A stretch of DNA of 64,000 nucleotides from Flavobacteriales bacterium (GCA_049609625.1 JBMYYR010000002.1:1152-65151); one strand, 5' to 3'; positions 8,900 to 19,759 are shown, counted from the stretch's first letter. The notes: generated by a model from the sequence alone, not told the origin. Program-made: numbers and translations.

Positions 8900-11800
8900 A
8901 TGATTTTCACTAAACGACCTGTTTTAGCCTCATTTTTAGTTGTGTTGTTCTTGCTTGGCCTACCAAGTTTTGCTCAAGACAGCTCTTCTGTGCATATCTA
9001 TGAAGCGCCGAGCAATGTAGAATCTGGAACAGAATATGACCCAAATTCGGGCACTTATCAAGAACATAACTCTATTGGCAATTTTAATATTGGGAGTGGC
9101 TCTATTTTCAATTTTGATGAATACAACGCGTATCGTCAGCAGCAAATGCTCGAAAATTACTGGCGAAAACTGGCTCGAGGATCTTCGTCGGATAGCTTCA
9201 AGAAAGACTCTAAGCTTAATGGAATAACAAACCAGCTAACCGAGGGCTTAATTCCAGATTTGAAGATTGACAAGGAAAAAATTGGAAAAATCTTTGGCCC
9301 AGATTTAATTGATTTAAGTTTGAGAGGTTCTTTAGAGCTTGATTTTCAGGTCAAGAACTCTTATAGAGGTAATTTATCTATCCCAAAATCAAGACGAACC
9401 AACACGTCTTTCAAAATGGATAATGATATTCAGGTAAATGCCGACGGAAAAATTGGCGACAAACTAAACATCAATACCGATTATTTTACCAAAGCACTAT
9501 TTAATCGTCGAAACGTTATCGATTTGAAATATGAGGGCGAAGAAGACGAAATTATCAAACTGGTTCAACTAGGAAACGTCAATCTGCCACTACCAAGTTC
9601 ACTAATTACAGGCTCTCAAGACCTTTTTGGAGTAAAAACTACATGGCAGTTTGGCCCCACACGAGTTACGGGAGTATTTTCGGAGCAAAAATCCGAAAGT
9701 CAATCATTTCAGATTGAAAATGGTGGGCAGAAAAACGAATTTGAAATTTACGCTGATAAATACGACGATAATCGACACTATTTTGTGGCGCCTTATTTTT
9801 ATAATCATTACGATGAGGCCTTAAAACAAATGCCTTACGTGGCTTCTGAAATTGACATTACCAAAATGGAGGTTTGGGTAACCAACACCCGAGCAAAAAT
9901 TGAAGATGCTCGAGATATTCTGGCTCTAACACATCTTGGTGACAACATCAACGACATTGCTGCTGGAGAGCAGGTAACAGGTTCTGCAGACGCCATTGCT
10001 ACACCAAACAATGCCAACAACGACCTCAATCCGAAGGCTTTAGAAGATTTTGATGGCGATTTCAGAACGTTTCATCAATTAAATTCGGCAACGGGCAACA
10101 AAGGCATCAAAATTATTGACGACTACGAAAAGGTAGAAAAAGCCAGAAAATTAAGTCTAAACGAATACAGCTACAATCCCAAATTAGGGTTTATTTCATT
10201 GAATCAAAAACTTAGAAGTAATGAAGTTTTGGCGGTTGCTTTTCAGTATACCTATCGTGGAGAAGTGTTTCAGGTTGGTGAATTTGCAGATCAGTTAATT
10301 TCTCCAAATACATTGATTTTGAAACTTTTAAAACCTTCTGTTATCGATGTGGAGCATCCAAACTGGAAGCTTATGATGAAAAACGTCTATAGCTTGAATG
10401 CCTACCAAGTCAACAAAAAGGATTTTGTTTTAAACATTCTATACAAACAGCCCGAATCAGGATCAAAACTGCGCTATATTCCAGAGGAACGTTTGGATTC
10501 TATGCAACTGATTGAGCTTATGAATTTGGACAATCTCAACGCCAACGGGGATTTGTCAAAAGATGGCTATTTCGATTTTATTTCTAATCCAATTCTAACC
10601 ATCGATGCGCAAAAAGGAAAAGTATATTTGCCTGCCGTTGAGCCCTTTGGAGAGTTTATCAAAACTAAAATTTTAGAAAAAAATCCAGCATTGCCTGTCG
10701 AAGTTGCCGAATCGTACATGTATCCGGAGCTGTATGCCCGAACCAAATCGGACGCCGAGCAACAACCCGAAAAAAACAGATATTTACTAAAAGGAAGTTA
10801 CAAATCTGAATATGGATCTGAAATTTCTTTGAACGCTTACAATCTACAACCTGGGTCGGTAAAACTTCGGCAAGGATCAGAGCAACTCTCTGAAGGAATT
10901 GATTTTATTGTCGATTATTCGCTTGGACGCGTAACGATTATCAACGAAGGAAAATTGAACTCCGGAACACCCATTGACGTAAGTGTAGAAAGCCAAAGTG
11001 GCTTTTTACAATCAAAACGATTTATGGGCTTGAGGGTAGACCATACGGTAAACGAACATTTAATGTTTGGCGGTAGTTTCTTGAATATGAAACAATCTCC
11101 CATTACCAACAAAATAAACTATGGCGAAGAACCGATAAACAATTCGGTGTGGGGTATTGACGGAACGTACCAAAAAGAAGCCCCATTTCTGACTAGTTTG
11201 GTAAACAAAATACCTTTTCTGAAAAGCGAAGCCAAATCGAATGTATTTGCAACAGCCGAATTTGCTCAATTTCTACCCGGACATCCCAATATTATTGACA
11301 TTGATGAAGGCGGAACCGCTTATATTGATGATTTTGAGAATGGGCAGACCAAAATTTCTATCCTATACCCCACAAACTGGAAATTGGCCAGTATTCCTCT
11401 CGGAACAAGCGAAACAGAGCTGTTTCCTGAAGCTACGATGTTTAGCGATATTCAGACGGGCTTCAACCGTGCGCATTTGGCTTGGTATGTGATTCGAGAT
11501 GAATTTTATGGTCGAAATGCACCAGACAATATCGAAGACAATGATGCGGTGCTAGAAGATCCTTACCAAAGGGACATCAGGCTAACCGAAATATTTGAAA
11601 ACAAAGACTTACAAAGCAATCAGATTGATCGTATTCGCCCATTAAATTTGAGCTTTGATCCTTCGCAACCTGGGCCTTATAACTTTGATGTACAAGCCTC
11701 TGATCACTCAGCAGGATTGTTTGATGACGGAAGACTAAAACAACCCTCAACACGCTGGGGAGGTATCATGCAACGGATTAATAGCTCGGACTGGGAGGCG

Positions 11801-14800
11801 TCTAATATTGAATATATTGAATTTTGGATGATGGATCCCTATCTAACCAACAGTAAAGCAACTGGAGGAGATCTCTATCTGAATATTGGAAGTATGAGCG
11901 AAGATGTACTTCAAGATTCTCGACGCTCGTTTGAAAACGGCTTGCCTACGCCCGACAATCCATCTACCGTTGATACCACTTCTTGGGGTTTGGTTTCAAA
12001 TTCTCAGATTCTAGCTCGAAGCTTTGATAATGCTGCTGGAAACATTCAAGATGTTGGTTTTGATGGACTTAATGACGATCAGGAGCGGGAGTTTGTTCCA
12101 AACTCAGGTGACATTCAAGCCAATTTTCTAAAACGAGTGGATGTTGCGTTTGGACAGGCTTCGGGAGCTTATACCTCCAGATTTGAAGATCCGGCTTTAG
12201 ATAATTATCAGCATTTTTATAACCAAGACTACGACGACCAAGCGGCCGACATCATCACTCGATATTCTAAATACAACCGTTCAGAAAACAATACCTATAA
12301 TTCGTTTGTAGGTAATGGATCCACCATCCCGAACGCCGAAGACATTGACGCCGACAATACGCTGAACGAAAATCAATCTTATTTTCAGTATCATATTGAC
12401 TTAAAACCAGAAGCTCTAGACATCAACAACAAATACATTACGCAAGTGTTAGAAAACAAAGGCCCAAACCAAGATACCCGTTGGCTCTTGTTTCGCATTC
12501 CTATTCGCGATTATAAAGATAAATTTGGTGGCATTGCCGATTTTAAATCCATCCGATTTATGAGAATGTTTCTTCATGGTTTTGAACAAAAAGTCAATTT
12601 AAGATTTGCGACTCTTAGCATGGTGAGAGGAAACTGGCGACAATATGATTTGGTGGCAGACCCTAGTTTGATTGAAGATCCGGATGCTAGTTTTGAAGTT
12701 ACGTCAGTTAATATCGAAGAAAATGGGCTAAAAACGCCAATACCCTACGTGCTGCCTCCAGGCATCCAACGCGAGCAAATTCAAGGTAGCCAAAGTACAA
12801 CCTTACAAAACGAACAATCCCTGTCGCTGAAAGTCTGCAACCTAAAAGAAGGTGCCAGCAAAATAGCCTACAAAAACATAGGTATGAATTTGAACAATTA
12901 CAACAAAATCAAAATGTTTGTTCATGCCGAAGAGCTAGATACCAGTACCAGTGAAACCATAGCCGATGGCGAAATCAGTTTATTTGTACGCTTAGGAACG
13001 GATTTTTCTGAGAATTTTTATGAATATGAAATTCCTTTGGAAATAACAGCTGGCGGAGAAACTACAGCCCGAGCCATTTGGCCAGCCAACAACGAGTTGG
13101 AAGTTGATCTTCAAGATTTAATTAAACTCAAAATTGAACGAAATAAAGCCATTGTTTCGAGTAGCGGAACGCCGACACCAGTAAGCTACAGCGACCGTTA
13201 TAGCAAAGTGGTTAATGGAAAAAATCTTTATGTAAGAGGAAATCCGAATATTGCCGACACGCGTTCGATGATGATTGGGATTCGGAACATCAGTACGTCG
13301 GGTAATAAATGTGCCGAGGTATGGGTAAACGAATTGCGATTGGTTGGTTTTGATGAAGCGTCGAGTATGGCATTTCGAGGACAGTTTAAGGCCAATTTGG
13401 CAGATTTGGCAGACGTCAATATTAGTGGTTCTTATTTGGAGGCTGGTTTCGGAAATTTGTCCGAAAGCATTAGCCAAAGACGACAGGAAACACTGCAAGA
13501 TTTTAGTGCCAACACAACCGTGAAAGCAGGCAAGTTGTTTCCAGAAAACTGGGGCGTAAATTTACCACTATATTATGGTATTACGAACATCAAATCGACA
13601 CCAAAATATAATCCATTAGACCAAGATGTACGCTACAAAGACGCCATAAAAAACGCGAGTACTTCGGCCGAAAAAGAACGGATTAAGAAAAGTTCGGTTA
13701 CCGAATCAAAATACAAGAGTTTTAATATTACCAACGTCGGAATAAGCCCAAAAAGTAAAGGCAAAAAGAGATTTTATAGTCCGTCTAACCTAAACGTATC
13801 GTATTCGAGAACCGAACTAGACGAATCTAGTCCAGAAATAGAATACAACCGAGAGCTCCAAGAACAAGCTCAGGTTAGCTATGCTTTTTCGTCTGGCTCC
13901 AAAGCACTTGAACCATTCAAAAAACTTGGAAAAAAATCGAAATCGAAGCTTCTAGAGCCTATCCGTAGGCTAAATCTCAACCCTATTCCTAAAAACATCA
14001 ACTTTTCCTATTTTGTAGATCGTCGATTTAAGGAAAATCTAATTCGTCCTATTATTTATTTAGGAGAAGAAACACCTGGCGGTTTGTTTAGTCCAATTTT
14101 TAGTCAAAGTCTAAATTTAGACAGTCAATTTGGTATGAAGTTCGACTTAACTAAATCGATTAAATTGAACTTCCAATCGAACCGAAATGGGGTGTTTGCG
14201 AACGAAGACCAAAGGCGCAGAACAAAAAATGGAGACCTTTGGGAGCAAATCTGGACCGGAGGAACAGCTCGAACCTATCATCAGACATTTAACGCAACGT
14301 ATCGAGTTCCGTTTCAATACATTGCGCCACTCAAATGGATAAGTGCCAATGCCAAATATAACGCCAACTACGACTGGATTGGTGCCAATACCATTATGCA
14401 AAGCTTTGGAAACACGATACAAAACACAAGAGAAGCTCAACTGAATACGACCTTAGATTTTTCTAAGCTCTACAAAACGATTCCTTACATAAAGAAAGCC
14501 TACGGTGGGAGAGGAAAGAGTGCTTCAAAACTCAAAAAGAAACTTAAGAAGAAAGCAAAGAAAAAAGCAGATAAATCAGTAAAGAAAATAGAAAAATTGA
14601 CGGCAAAAGGACAGTCGATACTCGAAAAATCTGCTGCAGTTGCCGACTCAACACAAGTAGAAACATCAAAACCTGAAGACACGTTGCCTGACAACATTCA
14701 GGACGCCATCAATAAAGAAGAAGCAAAAGCAAAAGCAACCGCAGATAAATTTAAAGACAAAGAAAAGAAGCTAAGCGAACGTCTAAAAAAATCTCGTAAG

Positions 14801-16192
14801 AAGCTTCCCAAAGCCATAGATGCGGGAGTTCGATTGTTGACAGCGGTAAAAAAAGTAGACCTTACCTACCGGAGATCAGAAGGTATTGCCTTACCAGGTT
14901 TTCGTCCAGAAACAGGCTGGTTTGATGGGCAGAATCTGACTGCTCCAGGCTTAGGCTTTTTGTTTGGACAGCAAGAACGATTTGGAGCTTCGGGCACCAA
15001 TATCTTAGATTATGCGAATGAAAATGGTTGGATTGTTGACACGGTCGGATTAAATACTCAATTCTCAAATACGTATCAAGAACACATCAACCTAAAAGCC
15101 ATCGTAGAACCCATTAAGCGCTTCAAAATTAATCTGGATGCCAACCGTATGGAATCTCTCAATACAACCATGTATTTTAGACCGACCGAAAACGGAGGTA
15201 AGCCAGTGCGACAAAACCAAGCCGAACAAGGTACGTTTAGCATGTCGATGCTCAGTATAAATACGGCCTTCAAAGATCAAGACCAGATTTGGCAGACGTT
15301 TTTGGACAACAGAAAAGCAATAGCCCAACGACTTGCCGAGCAAGAAATGAATACTCCAGTTCAATACGACGCTAATGGTTACCCTATTGGGTTTGGAGAA
15401 AGCTCGCAAGAAGTTCTCATTCCATCCTTTTTGGCGGCCTACACCGGCAAAAATGCATCGACCCAAAGCCTAACGAAGTTTCCTAAAATTCCGATGCCCA
15501 ACTGGAAACTAAGTTACGACGGCCTTCGAAATCTCAAGTTTTTAAAGAAAAGCGTAAAACGTATCAGTTTTACTTCGGGCTATACGTCGGTTTATACGGT
15601 TGGTGGCTTTAGTCGAAACTTACTGTATGACGAAGCCAAAGCCTTTCAATATGGACTAGATGACAATATTGATTTTAGTGGCAACTTTATTCCGAAATAT
15701 CAAATCAATCAAGTCAACATCAGCGAGCAATTCAATCCATTAATCAAAGTGGACATCACCTTGAAAAACAACATGAGCTTGAAAACAGAATTTAAGAAAA
15801 GCAGAAATCTGAGTCTAAACATTGATAATAGCCAGTTGCTGCAAGAAAATTTACGCTCGTACGTTATCGGTATGTCCTATCGGATGAATGATGTTAAGAT
15901 TTTTAAAGGCCCACTTAGCAAAAGTAAAATACCAAGAACCTTAGAAGCAAGCTTTGATGTGAATTATAATTATCGTAAATCTTTGGTTAGAAATATTTAT
16001 GATGAAGGCCAGCAAGTTAATAGCGGAAACCAAGTGATGGGCTTTAATGTAGAATTGAAATACACCATCAATGAAAATTTAGGCTGTACCTTTTATGTTG
16101 ACCGCAACAGCTCGGAAGCCTTTATTTTATCAAGCTTTCCGACACGAGAAACCCTCGTTGGATTCAAAATAAAATACACCTTCAATCAATAA
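8900..16192 (+). CDS. sprA: SprA, giant outer-membrane beta-barrel translocon of the type IX secretion system
   Basis: 2430 aa with a signal peptide, sitting immediately downstream of ruvA as in flavobacterial genomes. Size and beta-rich composition match the cell-surface protein SprA. Confidence 0.85.
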   Translation: MIFTKRPVLASFLVVLFLLGLPSFAQDSSSVHIYEAPSNVESGTEYDPNSGTYQEHNSIGNFNIGSGSIFNFDEYNAYRQQQMLENYWRKLARGSSSDSFKKDSKLNGITNQLTEGLIPDLKIDKEKIGKIFGPDLIDLSLRGSLELDFQVKNSYRGNLSIPKSRRTNTSFKMDNDIQVNADGKIGDKLNINTDYFTKALFNRRNVIDLKYEGEEDEIIKLVQLGNVNLPLPSSLITGSQDLFGVKTTWQFGPTRVTGVFSEQKSESQSFQIENGGQKNEFEIYADKYDDNRHYFVAPYFYNHYDEALKQMPYVASEIDITKMEVWVTNTRAKIEDARDILALTHLGDNINDIAAGEQVTGSADAIATPNNANNDLNPKALEDFDGDFRTFHQLNSATGNKGIKIIDDYEKVEKARKLSLNEYSYNPKLGFISLNQKLRSNEVLAVAFQYTYRGEVFQVGEFADQLISPNTLILKLLKPSVIDVEHPNWKLMMKNVYSLNAYQVNKKDFVLNILYKQPESGSKLRYIPEERLDSMQLIELMNLDNLNANGDLSKDGYFDFISNPILTIDAQKGKVYLPAVEPFGEFIKTKILEKNPALPVEVAESYMYPELYARTKSDAEQQPEKNRYLLKGSYKSEYGSEISLNAYNLQPGSVKLRQGSEQLSEGIDFIVDYSLGRVTIINEGKLNSGTPIDVSVESQSGFLQSKRFMGLRVDHTVNEHLMFGGSFLNMKQSPITNKINYGEEPINNSVWGIDGTYQKEAPFLTSLVNKIPFLKSEAKSNVFATAEFAQFLPGHPNIIDIDEGGTAYIDDFENGQTKISILYPTNWKLASIPLGTSETELFPEATMFSDIQTGFNRAHLAWYVIRDEFYGRNAPDNIEDNDAVLEDPYQRDIRLTEIFENKDLQSNQIDRIRPLNLSFDPSQPGPYNFDVQASDHSAGLFDDGRLKQPSTRWGGIMQRINSSDWEASNIEYIEFWMMDPYLTNSKATGGDLYLNIGSMSEDVLQDSRRSFENGLPTPDNPSTVDTTSWGLVSNSQILARSFDNAAGNIQDVGFDGLNDDQEREFVPNSGDIQANFLKRVDVAFGQASGAYTSRFEDPALDNYQHFYNQDYDDQAADIITRYSKYNRSENNTYNSFVGNGSTIPNAEDIDADNTLNENQSYFQYHIDLKPEALDINNKYITQVLENKGPNQDTRWLLFRIPIRDYKDKFGGIADFKSIRFMRMFLHGFEQKVNLRFATLSMVRGNWRQYDLVADPSLIEDPDASFEVTSVNIEENGLKTPIPYVLPPGIQREQIQGSQSTTLQNEQSLSLKVCNLKEGASKIAYKNIGMNLNNYNKIKMFVHAEELDTSTSETIADGEISLFVRLGTDFSENFYEYEIPLEITAGGETTARAIWPANNELEVDLQDLIKLKIERNKAIVSSSGTPTPVSYSDRYSKVVNGKNLYVRGNPNIADTRSMMIGIRNISTSGNKCAEVWVNELRLVGFDEASSMAFRGQFKANLADLADVNISGSYLEAGFGNLSESISQRRQETLQDFSANTTVKAGKLFPENWGVNLPLYYGITNIKSTPKYNPLDQDVRYKDAIKNASTSAEKERIKKSSVTESKYKSFNITNVGISPKSKGKKRFYSPSNLNVSYSRTELDESSPEIEYNRELQEQAQVSYAFSSGSKALEPFKKLGKKSKSKLLEPIRRLNLNPIPKNINFSYFVDRRFKENLIRPIIYLGEETPGGLFSPIFSQSLNLDSQFGMKFDLTKSIKLNFQSNRNGVFANEDQRRRTKNGDLWEQIWTGGTARTYHQTFNATYRVPFQYIAPLKWISANAKYNANYDWIGANTIMQSFGNTIQNTREAQLNTTLDFSKLYKTIPYIKKAYGGRGKSASKLKKKLKKKAKKKADKSVKKIEKLTAKGQSILEKSAAVADSTQVETSKPEDTLPDNIQDAINKEEAKAKATADKFKDKEKKLSERLKKSRKKLPKAIDAGVRLLTAVKKVDLTYRRSEGIALPGFRPETGWFDGQNLTAPGLGFLFGQQERFGASGTNILDYANENGWIVDTVGLNTQFSNTYQEHINLKAIVEPIKRFKINLDANRMESLNTTMYFRPTENGGKPVRQNQAEQGTFSMSMLSINTAFKDQDQIWQTFLDNRKAIAQRLAEQEMNTPVQYDANGYPIGFGESSQEVLIPSFLAAYTGKNASTQSLTKFPKIPMPNWKLSYDGLRNLKFLKKSVKRISFTSGYTSVYTVGGFSRNLLYDEAKAFQYGLDDNIDFSGNFIPKYQINQVNISEQFNPLIKVDITLKNNMSLKTEFKKSRNLSLNIDNSQLLQENLRSYVIGMSYRMNDVKIFKGPLSKSKIPRTLEASFDVNYNYRKSLVRNIYDEGQQVNSGNQVMGFNVELKYTINENLGCTFYVDRNSSEAFILSSFPTRETLVGFKIKYTFNQ

Positions 16193-16205
16193 ATTGAAGG
16201 TATTG

Positions 16206-16236
16206 TTTGAAAATAAAATTCTAAAGCCTATTTTTG
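16206..16236 (+). promoter_or_regulatory. Candidate Bacteroidota promoter for gcvH (-33 TTTG, 19-nt spacer, -7 TATTTTTG)
   Basis: TTTG at 16206..16209 and TATTTTTG at 16229..16236. The -7 box ends 20 nt upstream of the gcvH ATG. Confidence 0.4.
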
Positions 16237-16255
16237 GGCTCAAAATTAACATCCT

Positions 16256-16636
16256 ATGAACACACCATCCACACTAAAGTATAGCAAAGACCACGAATGG
16301 CTTGCTGTAGACGGCGATATTGCCACTGTTGGTATTACCGATTTTGCACAAAACGAATTAGGCGACATTGTCTATGTAGAAGTAGAAACCGAAGGCGAAA
16401 CGCTTGATAAAGACGAAGTTTTTGGCTCTGTAGAAGCTGTCAAAACAGTTTCAGATTTGTTTATGCCCGTATCTGGAGAAATTATTGAGTTTAACGAAGA
16501 GCTCGAATCTTCACCAGAAGAAGTAAACAACTCGCCTTATGAAGCCGCTTGGATTATCAAAATAAAACTCTCTGACCCTTCAGAATTAGATGACTTAATG
16601 GATGCAGAAGCTTACAAAGCTATGGTTGGAGCTTAA
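16256..16636 (+). CDS. gcvH: Glycine cleavage system protein H
   Basis: [20 protein letters not shown] and the lipoyl-lysine motif VEAVKTVSD. Confidence 0.95.
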   Translation: MNTPSTLKYSKDHEWLAVDGDIATVGITDFAQNELGDIVYVEVETEGETLDKDEVFGSVEAVKTVSDLFMPVSGEIIEFNEELESSPEEVNNSPYEAAWIIKIKLSDPSELDDLMDAEAYKAMVGA

Positions 16637-16985
16637 GCCCAATCTGTTTTATGTTGTTTTTAGCATCGTAACACTTGGGAGTTTGATGCCGCAAACTAGC
16701 GTGCCTCCTGTCCTTCAAACCCTGTCTGACAAAACGCTACATATACTGATGTACTTAGCTTTTTCGGCAAGTTTGTTTTGGTTTTTAGAAAAAAGAACAT
16801 CACAACACCAAAGCCTTTGGCTCAGCATCAGCCTAAGTATCGCTTTTGGAGCTTTGATGGAAGTGTTGCAAGGACAATACATACCAGGAAGATTCGGAAG
16901 TGTTTTAGATTTGATTGCCAACATCATAGGTGTCTTTACCTTTGTTTTGTTGCATCAGCTGAACAAGAAAATTTTTAAAAATTAG
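16602..16985 (+). CDS. VanZ-like small integral membrane protein
   Basis: Four predicted TM helices, DK..H...Y and a [10 protein letters not shown]-type C-terminal helix. The start is uncertain because the ATG at 16602 overlaps gcvH by 35 nt. Confidence 0.55.
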   Translation: MQKLTKLWLELKPNLFYVVFSIVTLGSLMPQTSVPPVLQTLSDKTLHILMYLAFSASLFWFLEKRTSQHQSLWLSISLSIAFGALMEVLQGQYIPGRFGSVLDLIANIIGVFTFVLLHQLNKKIFKN

Positions 16986-17003
16986 AAAGTAAAATTAACT
17001 TTT

Positions 17004-17025
17004 ACGTTCATAAACGTATTTTTTT
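17004..17025 (+). terminator. Weak candidate terminator after the VanZ-like gene
   Basis: acgtt-cata-aacgt hairpin (5-bp stem) followed by atttttt. Confidence 0.3.
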
Positions 17026-17062
17026 ACATACTTTAGTACCCGAAAACAATAAAACCTAAACA

Positions 17063-17776
17063 ATGATTGAGAAAAAACATCCAAAAATGGATCTCGAGAA
17101 AAAACGAATGACCTTCGTTCTTATTGGTCTAGTTGTTGCTATTGGAGCTTCTATCTTTTTGATAAACTACAAATCTTATGACGAGCAATTGACAGCAGAT
17201 TTAGGAAAAGTAGTTATTGATATGGATGAAGAAGAAGACGTGGCGACAATAGAAGAAAAACGAACACCGCCACCGCCACCACCACCGCCGCCACCACCGG
17301 TAGTTGTCGTTGTAGAGGATGACGTAGAAATAGAAGATGACTTTGAAGTAGAAGATGTTGAGGTTGAAGAAGACGAAGAAATAGAAATTGAAGAGGTTGA
17401 AGAAATTGAATCTGATGAAGTTCTGAGTTTTGCTGTTGTTGAAGACAAACCCGTTTTTCCGGGTTGCGAAAAAGTCTCTAAAGCCGAGCGCGATGCCTGT
17501 TTTGGAAACGGAGTAATGAAAGCCATTCAGTCTAAGTTCAAATACCCACACATGGCAAAAGAACTTGGTATTCAAGGTAAAATTTATGTAAGCTTTGAGT
17601 ATGGAAAAGACGGAAAAGTAAGAAACGTAAAAGTTATCCGAGGCGAGAACAAAGACCTCAAAAAAGAAGCTATTCGTCTTGTGAAAGCCTTGCCAAGCGT
17701 TACGCCAGCAAAGCAACGAGGAAAACCAACTGCAATTTCTTATACCATTCCAGTAGTTTTCAAATTAAGAGGATAA
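17063..17776 (+). CDS. Energy transducer TonB-family protein (N-terminal anchor, Pro-rich and acidic linker, TonB C-terminal domain)
   Basis: Single N-terminal TM helix, an 11-Pro run, an acidic spacer, then a C-terminal domain with KPVFPGC...A...G..GKIYVSF....G.V.NVKV.RG....L..EA.R.V...P...PA...G. Confidence 0.8.
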   Translation: MIEKKHPKMDLEKKRMTFVLIGLVVAIGASIFLINYKSYDEQLTADLGKVVIDMDEEEDVATIEEKRTPPPPPPPPPPPVVVVVEDDVEIEDDFEVEDVEVEEDEEIEIEEVEEIESDEVLSFAVVEDKPVFPGCEKVSKAERDACFGNGVMKAIQSKFKYPHMAKELGIQGKIYVSFEYGKDGKVRNVKVIRGENKDLKKEAIRLVKALPSVTPAKQRGKPTAISYTIPVVFKLRG

Positions 17777-17800
17777 TACACATATTGATCTATCATTTAA

Positions 17801-17843
17801 AAAAAAAAGCATTTTCATTGACCATGAAAATGCTTTTTTTTTT
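17801..17843. terminator. Rho-independent terminator after the TonB-family gene (A-run/T-run flanked, potentially bidirectional)
   Basis: gcattttcat / atgaaaatgc 10-bp stem with a 5-nt loop, flanked by A8 upstream and T10 downstream. Confidence 0.7.
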
Positions 17844-17937
17844 GACTCTGAAAAATCAAGTGATTTGACTCAATCTGTTTCCTGTAATATTCGATATGGA
17901 GCCTAATTTTTTAACAGCAAAAAATTAAAAAAAACTA

Positions 17938-19413
17938 ATGAGAAAAAATAGTTATATACTCACTTTAATGATATCTGTTCAGCTATGTTTTGGTCAAGAA
18001 ACACTAGAAGAATTGAAAGGAATTGATGGTGAAATCATTCAAATAATGGAAGAATATAACACCGTTGGTTTATCTGTAGCGGTAGTGAAAAATGGTAAAA
18101 CTCTATACGCCAAAGGCTTTGGTTATCGCGACCTGAAACAGAAACTACCTGTAACAGAACACACTCTTTTCCATATTGCTTCAATGACCAAAGCATTTAC
18201 AGGTTCTTTATTAGGAATTTTAGAATCTAAAAACCAACTATCGCTTAAAGATAAACCCGCGCTGTATGTTCCATACCTTCAATTTTACAATGACAAGATG
18301 AATAATCTTATTACGATTGAAGATTTATTAAGTCATCGAAGCGGTATTGGAACTCAAGGTGTTTCCTTAGAATTGTTTCCAGATAGCTCTAAATTAAAAA
18401 CGGTGCAACGCTTACGCTATTTGAAGCCCGAAGCTGACATTAAAAATAGCTGGAACTACAGCAATATGGGCTATACACTTGCAGGAACCATTATCGAACA
18501 AGTAACAGGCGAGAGTTGGGAGACGAATATTGAAAATAAAATCTTTAAACCCTTGAAAATGAGTAGTTCATGCACAAGTATTAAAAAGATGAAACAATCA
18601 AACAATTACGCTCTGGGCTATGGAATGTATAAAGGAAAAAGTGAGAACGTTCCTTATCAAAACTATTACGCTTTTGGTCCAGCTGGTGTTATTAAAAGTT
18701 CGGTTAAAGATTTATCTAATTGGATGAACGTTTGGCTAAATAAAGGAACGTTTGATGGAACTCAAGTACTTCCAAAACACTATATTTATGAAGCTTCTAG
18801 ACCTCAAAATATTAAATATGATGAGGAGTACACAAAAGATTCATTTTTATTTAGCGAAGGGTTTGGTTGGAGAATAAGGTCTTGGAATGGTCATTATAGA
18901 TTGCGCCACGGAGGTAATACAAACGGCTTTAGTAGTGTAACAGAACTGTTTCCATTTGAGAATATTGGTATTGTAGTATTATGTAATCAAAGTAACTCTA
19001 TAATTCCCTATATTGTATCTGATATGATATCAAGAAAGTTACTTCTTCTTGCCGCCGAAGAAAATTACCCAGTACTTGTTTCAGACATCTATAAACCAGA
19101 AAAAGACAAGCCTTTTAATAAGAATATGATGCCAACCTTTCCCTTGCATAGATTTGAAGGTACTTATGAAGCGGATGGTTTTGGAAAAATACAGATTATT
19201 GAAACAGAAGGAAAGCTATTCGCAAAATTTCCAACACATACATTCAAACTAGAGCATTTAAGCTTCAACAACTTTCATTTAAAAGGTATGGCAGACTTTA
19301 AAGAATCTTTTAACCCTGAATTTACTGTTAAATTCGATGACACAAAAGGCGAGCTAATAAGCTTAAAATTATACGCTCAAAAAGAGCCTATAGAATTTCA
19401 TAAAGACCAATAA
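17938..19413 (+). CDS. Serine hydrolase of the class C beta-lactamase / PBP family with an extra C-terminal domain
   Basis: Signal peptide, SxxK motif (ASMTK), YxN motif (YSNMGY), and a C-terminal beta-rich extension of about 100 aa. Confidence 0.85.
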   Translation: MRKNSYILTLMISVQLCFGQETLEELKGIDGEIIQIMEEYNTVGLSVAVVKNGKTLYAKGFGYRDLKQKLPVTEHTLFHIASMTKAFTGSLLGILESKNQLSLKDKPALYVPYLQFYNDKMNNLITIEDLLSHRSGIGTQGVSLELFPDSSKLKTVQRLRYLKPEADIKNSWNYSNMGYTLAGTIIEQVTGESWETNIENKIFKPLKMSSSCTSIKKMKQSNNYALGYGMYKGKSENVPYQNYYAFGPAGVIKSSVKDLSNWMNVWLNKGTFDGTQVLPKHYIYEASRPQNIKYDEEYTKDSFLFSEGFGWRIRSWNGHYRLRHGGNTNGFSSVTELFPFENIGIVVLCNQSNSIIPYIVSDMISRKLLLLAAEENYPVLVSDIYKPEKDKPFNKNMMPTFPLHRFEGTYEADGFGKIQIIETEGKLFAKFPTHTFKLEHLSFNNFHLKGMADFKESFNPEFTVKFDDTKGELISLKLYAQKEPIEFHKDQ

Positions 19414-19759
19414 ACTTGCAACCCAACAACAAAGTCTAAGTGCCCAAAAAAGAGCTAAATGTGAAGACAAACTTGACTAAAACTCAGTCCTTGACTACAG
19501 GATTTTGTTACGATGAATCATGTACACCTTTCAATCAAGAATTAAAAAAAATGACCAATCACATCAGGTTGCCACTTAGTTTCATCTTCCATTTTTCTAA
19601 GTGCATTTTTTTATGCGCTATTTACACTGGGATTGATTCGTGATAACCATCTTAATGACGATCTGAATCAGAAACTAAACTATTGATAGTCAATGAATTA
19701 TTATGGTTTTTTTATTAGTGATTAAGATGCTGTTGTGAAGCTTCAGGGTGTGTTGATGA

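Noticed and set aside
13118-13498. 126-aa minus-strand ORF, plus several other ORFs of 60-125 aa, inside sprA
   Set aside because: They are antisense or out of frame within a 7.3-kb gene that has a continuous, well-supported sense frame. They have no motifs and are typical shadow ORFs.
17176-17716. Two long minus-strand ORFs (116 and 171 aa) antisense to the TonB-family gene
   Set aside because: They are low-complexity shadow ORFs created by the (CCR)n and GAR-rich repeats of the sense strand. Their translations are poly-Gly/Ser/Phe nonsense.
19440-19643. 67-aa GTG-initiated ORF in the 346-bp gap between the convergent serine hydrolase and GDS-motif genes
   Set aside because: It has a non-ATG start, no motif, and odd composition, so it is most likely non-coding 3' spacer. 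I also found no convincing hairpin terminators or repeats in this gap.
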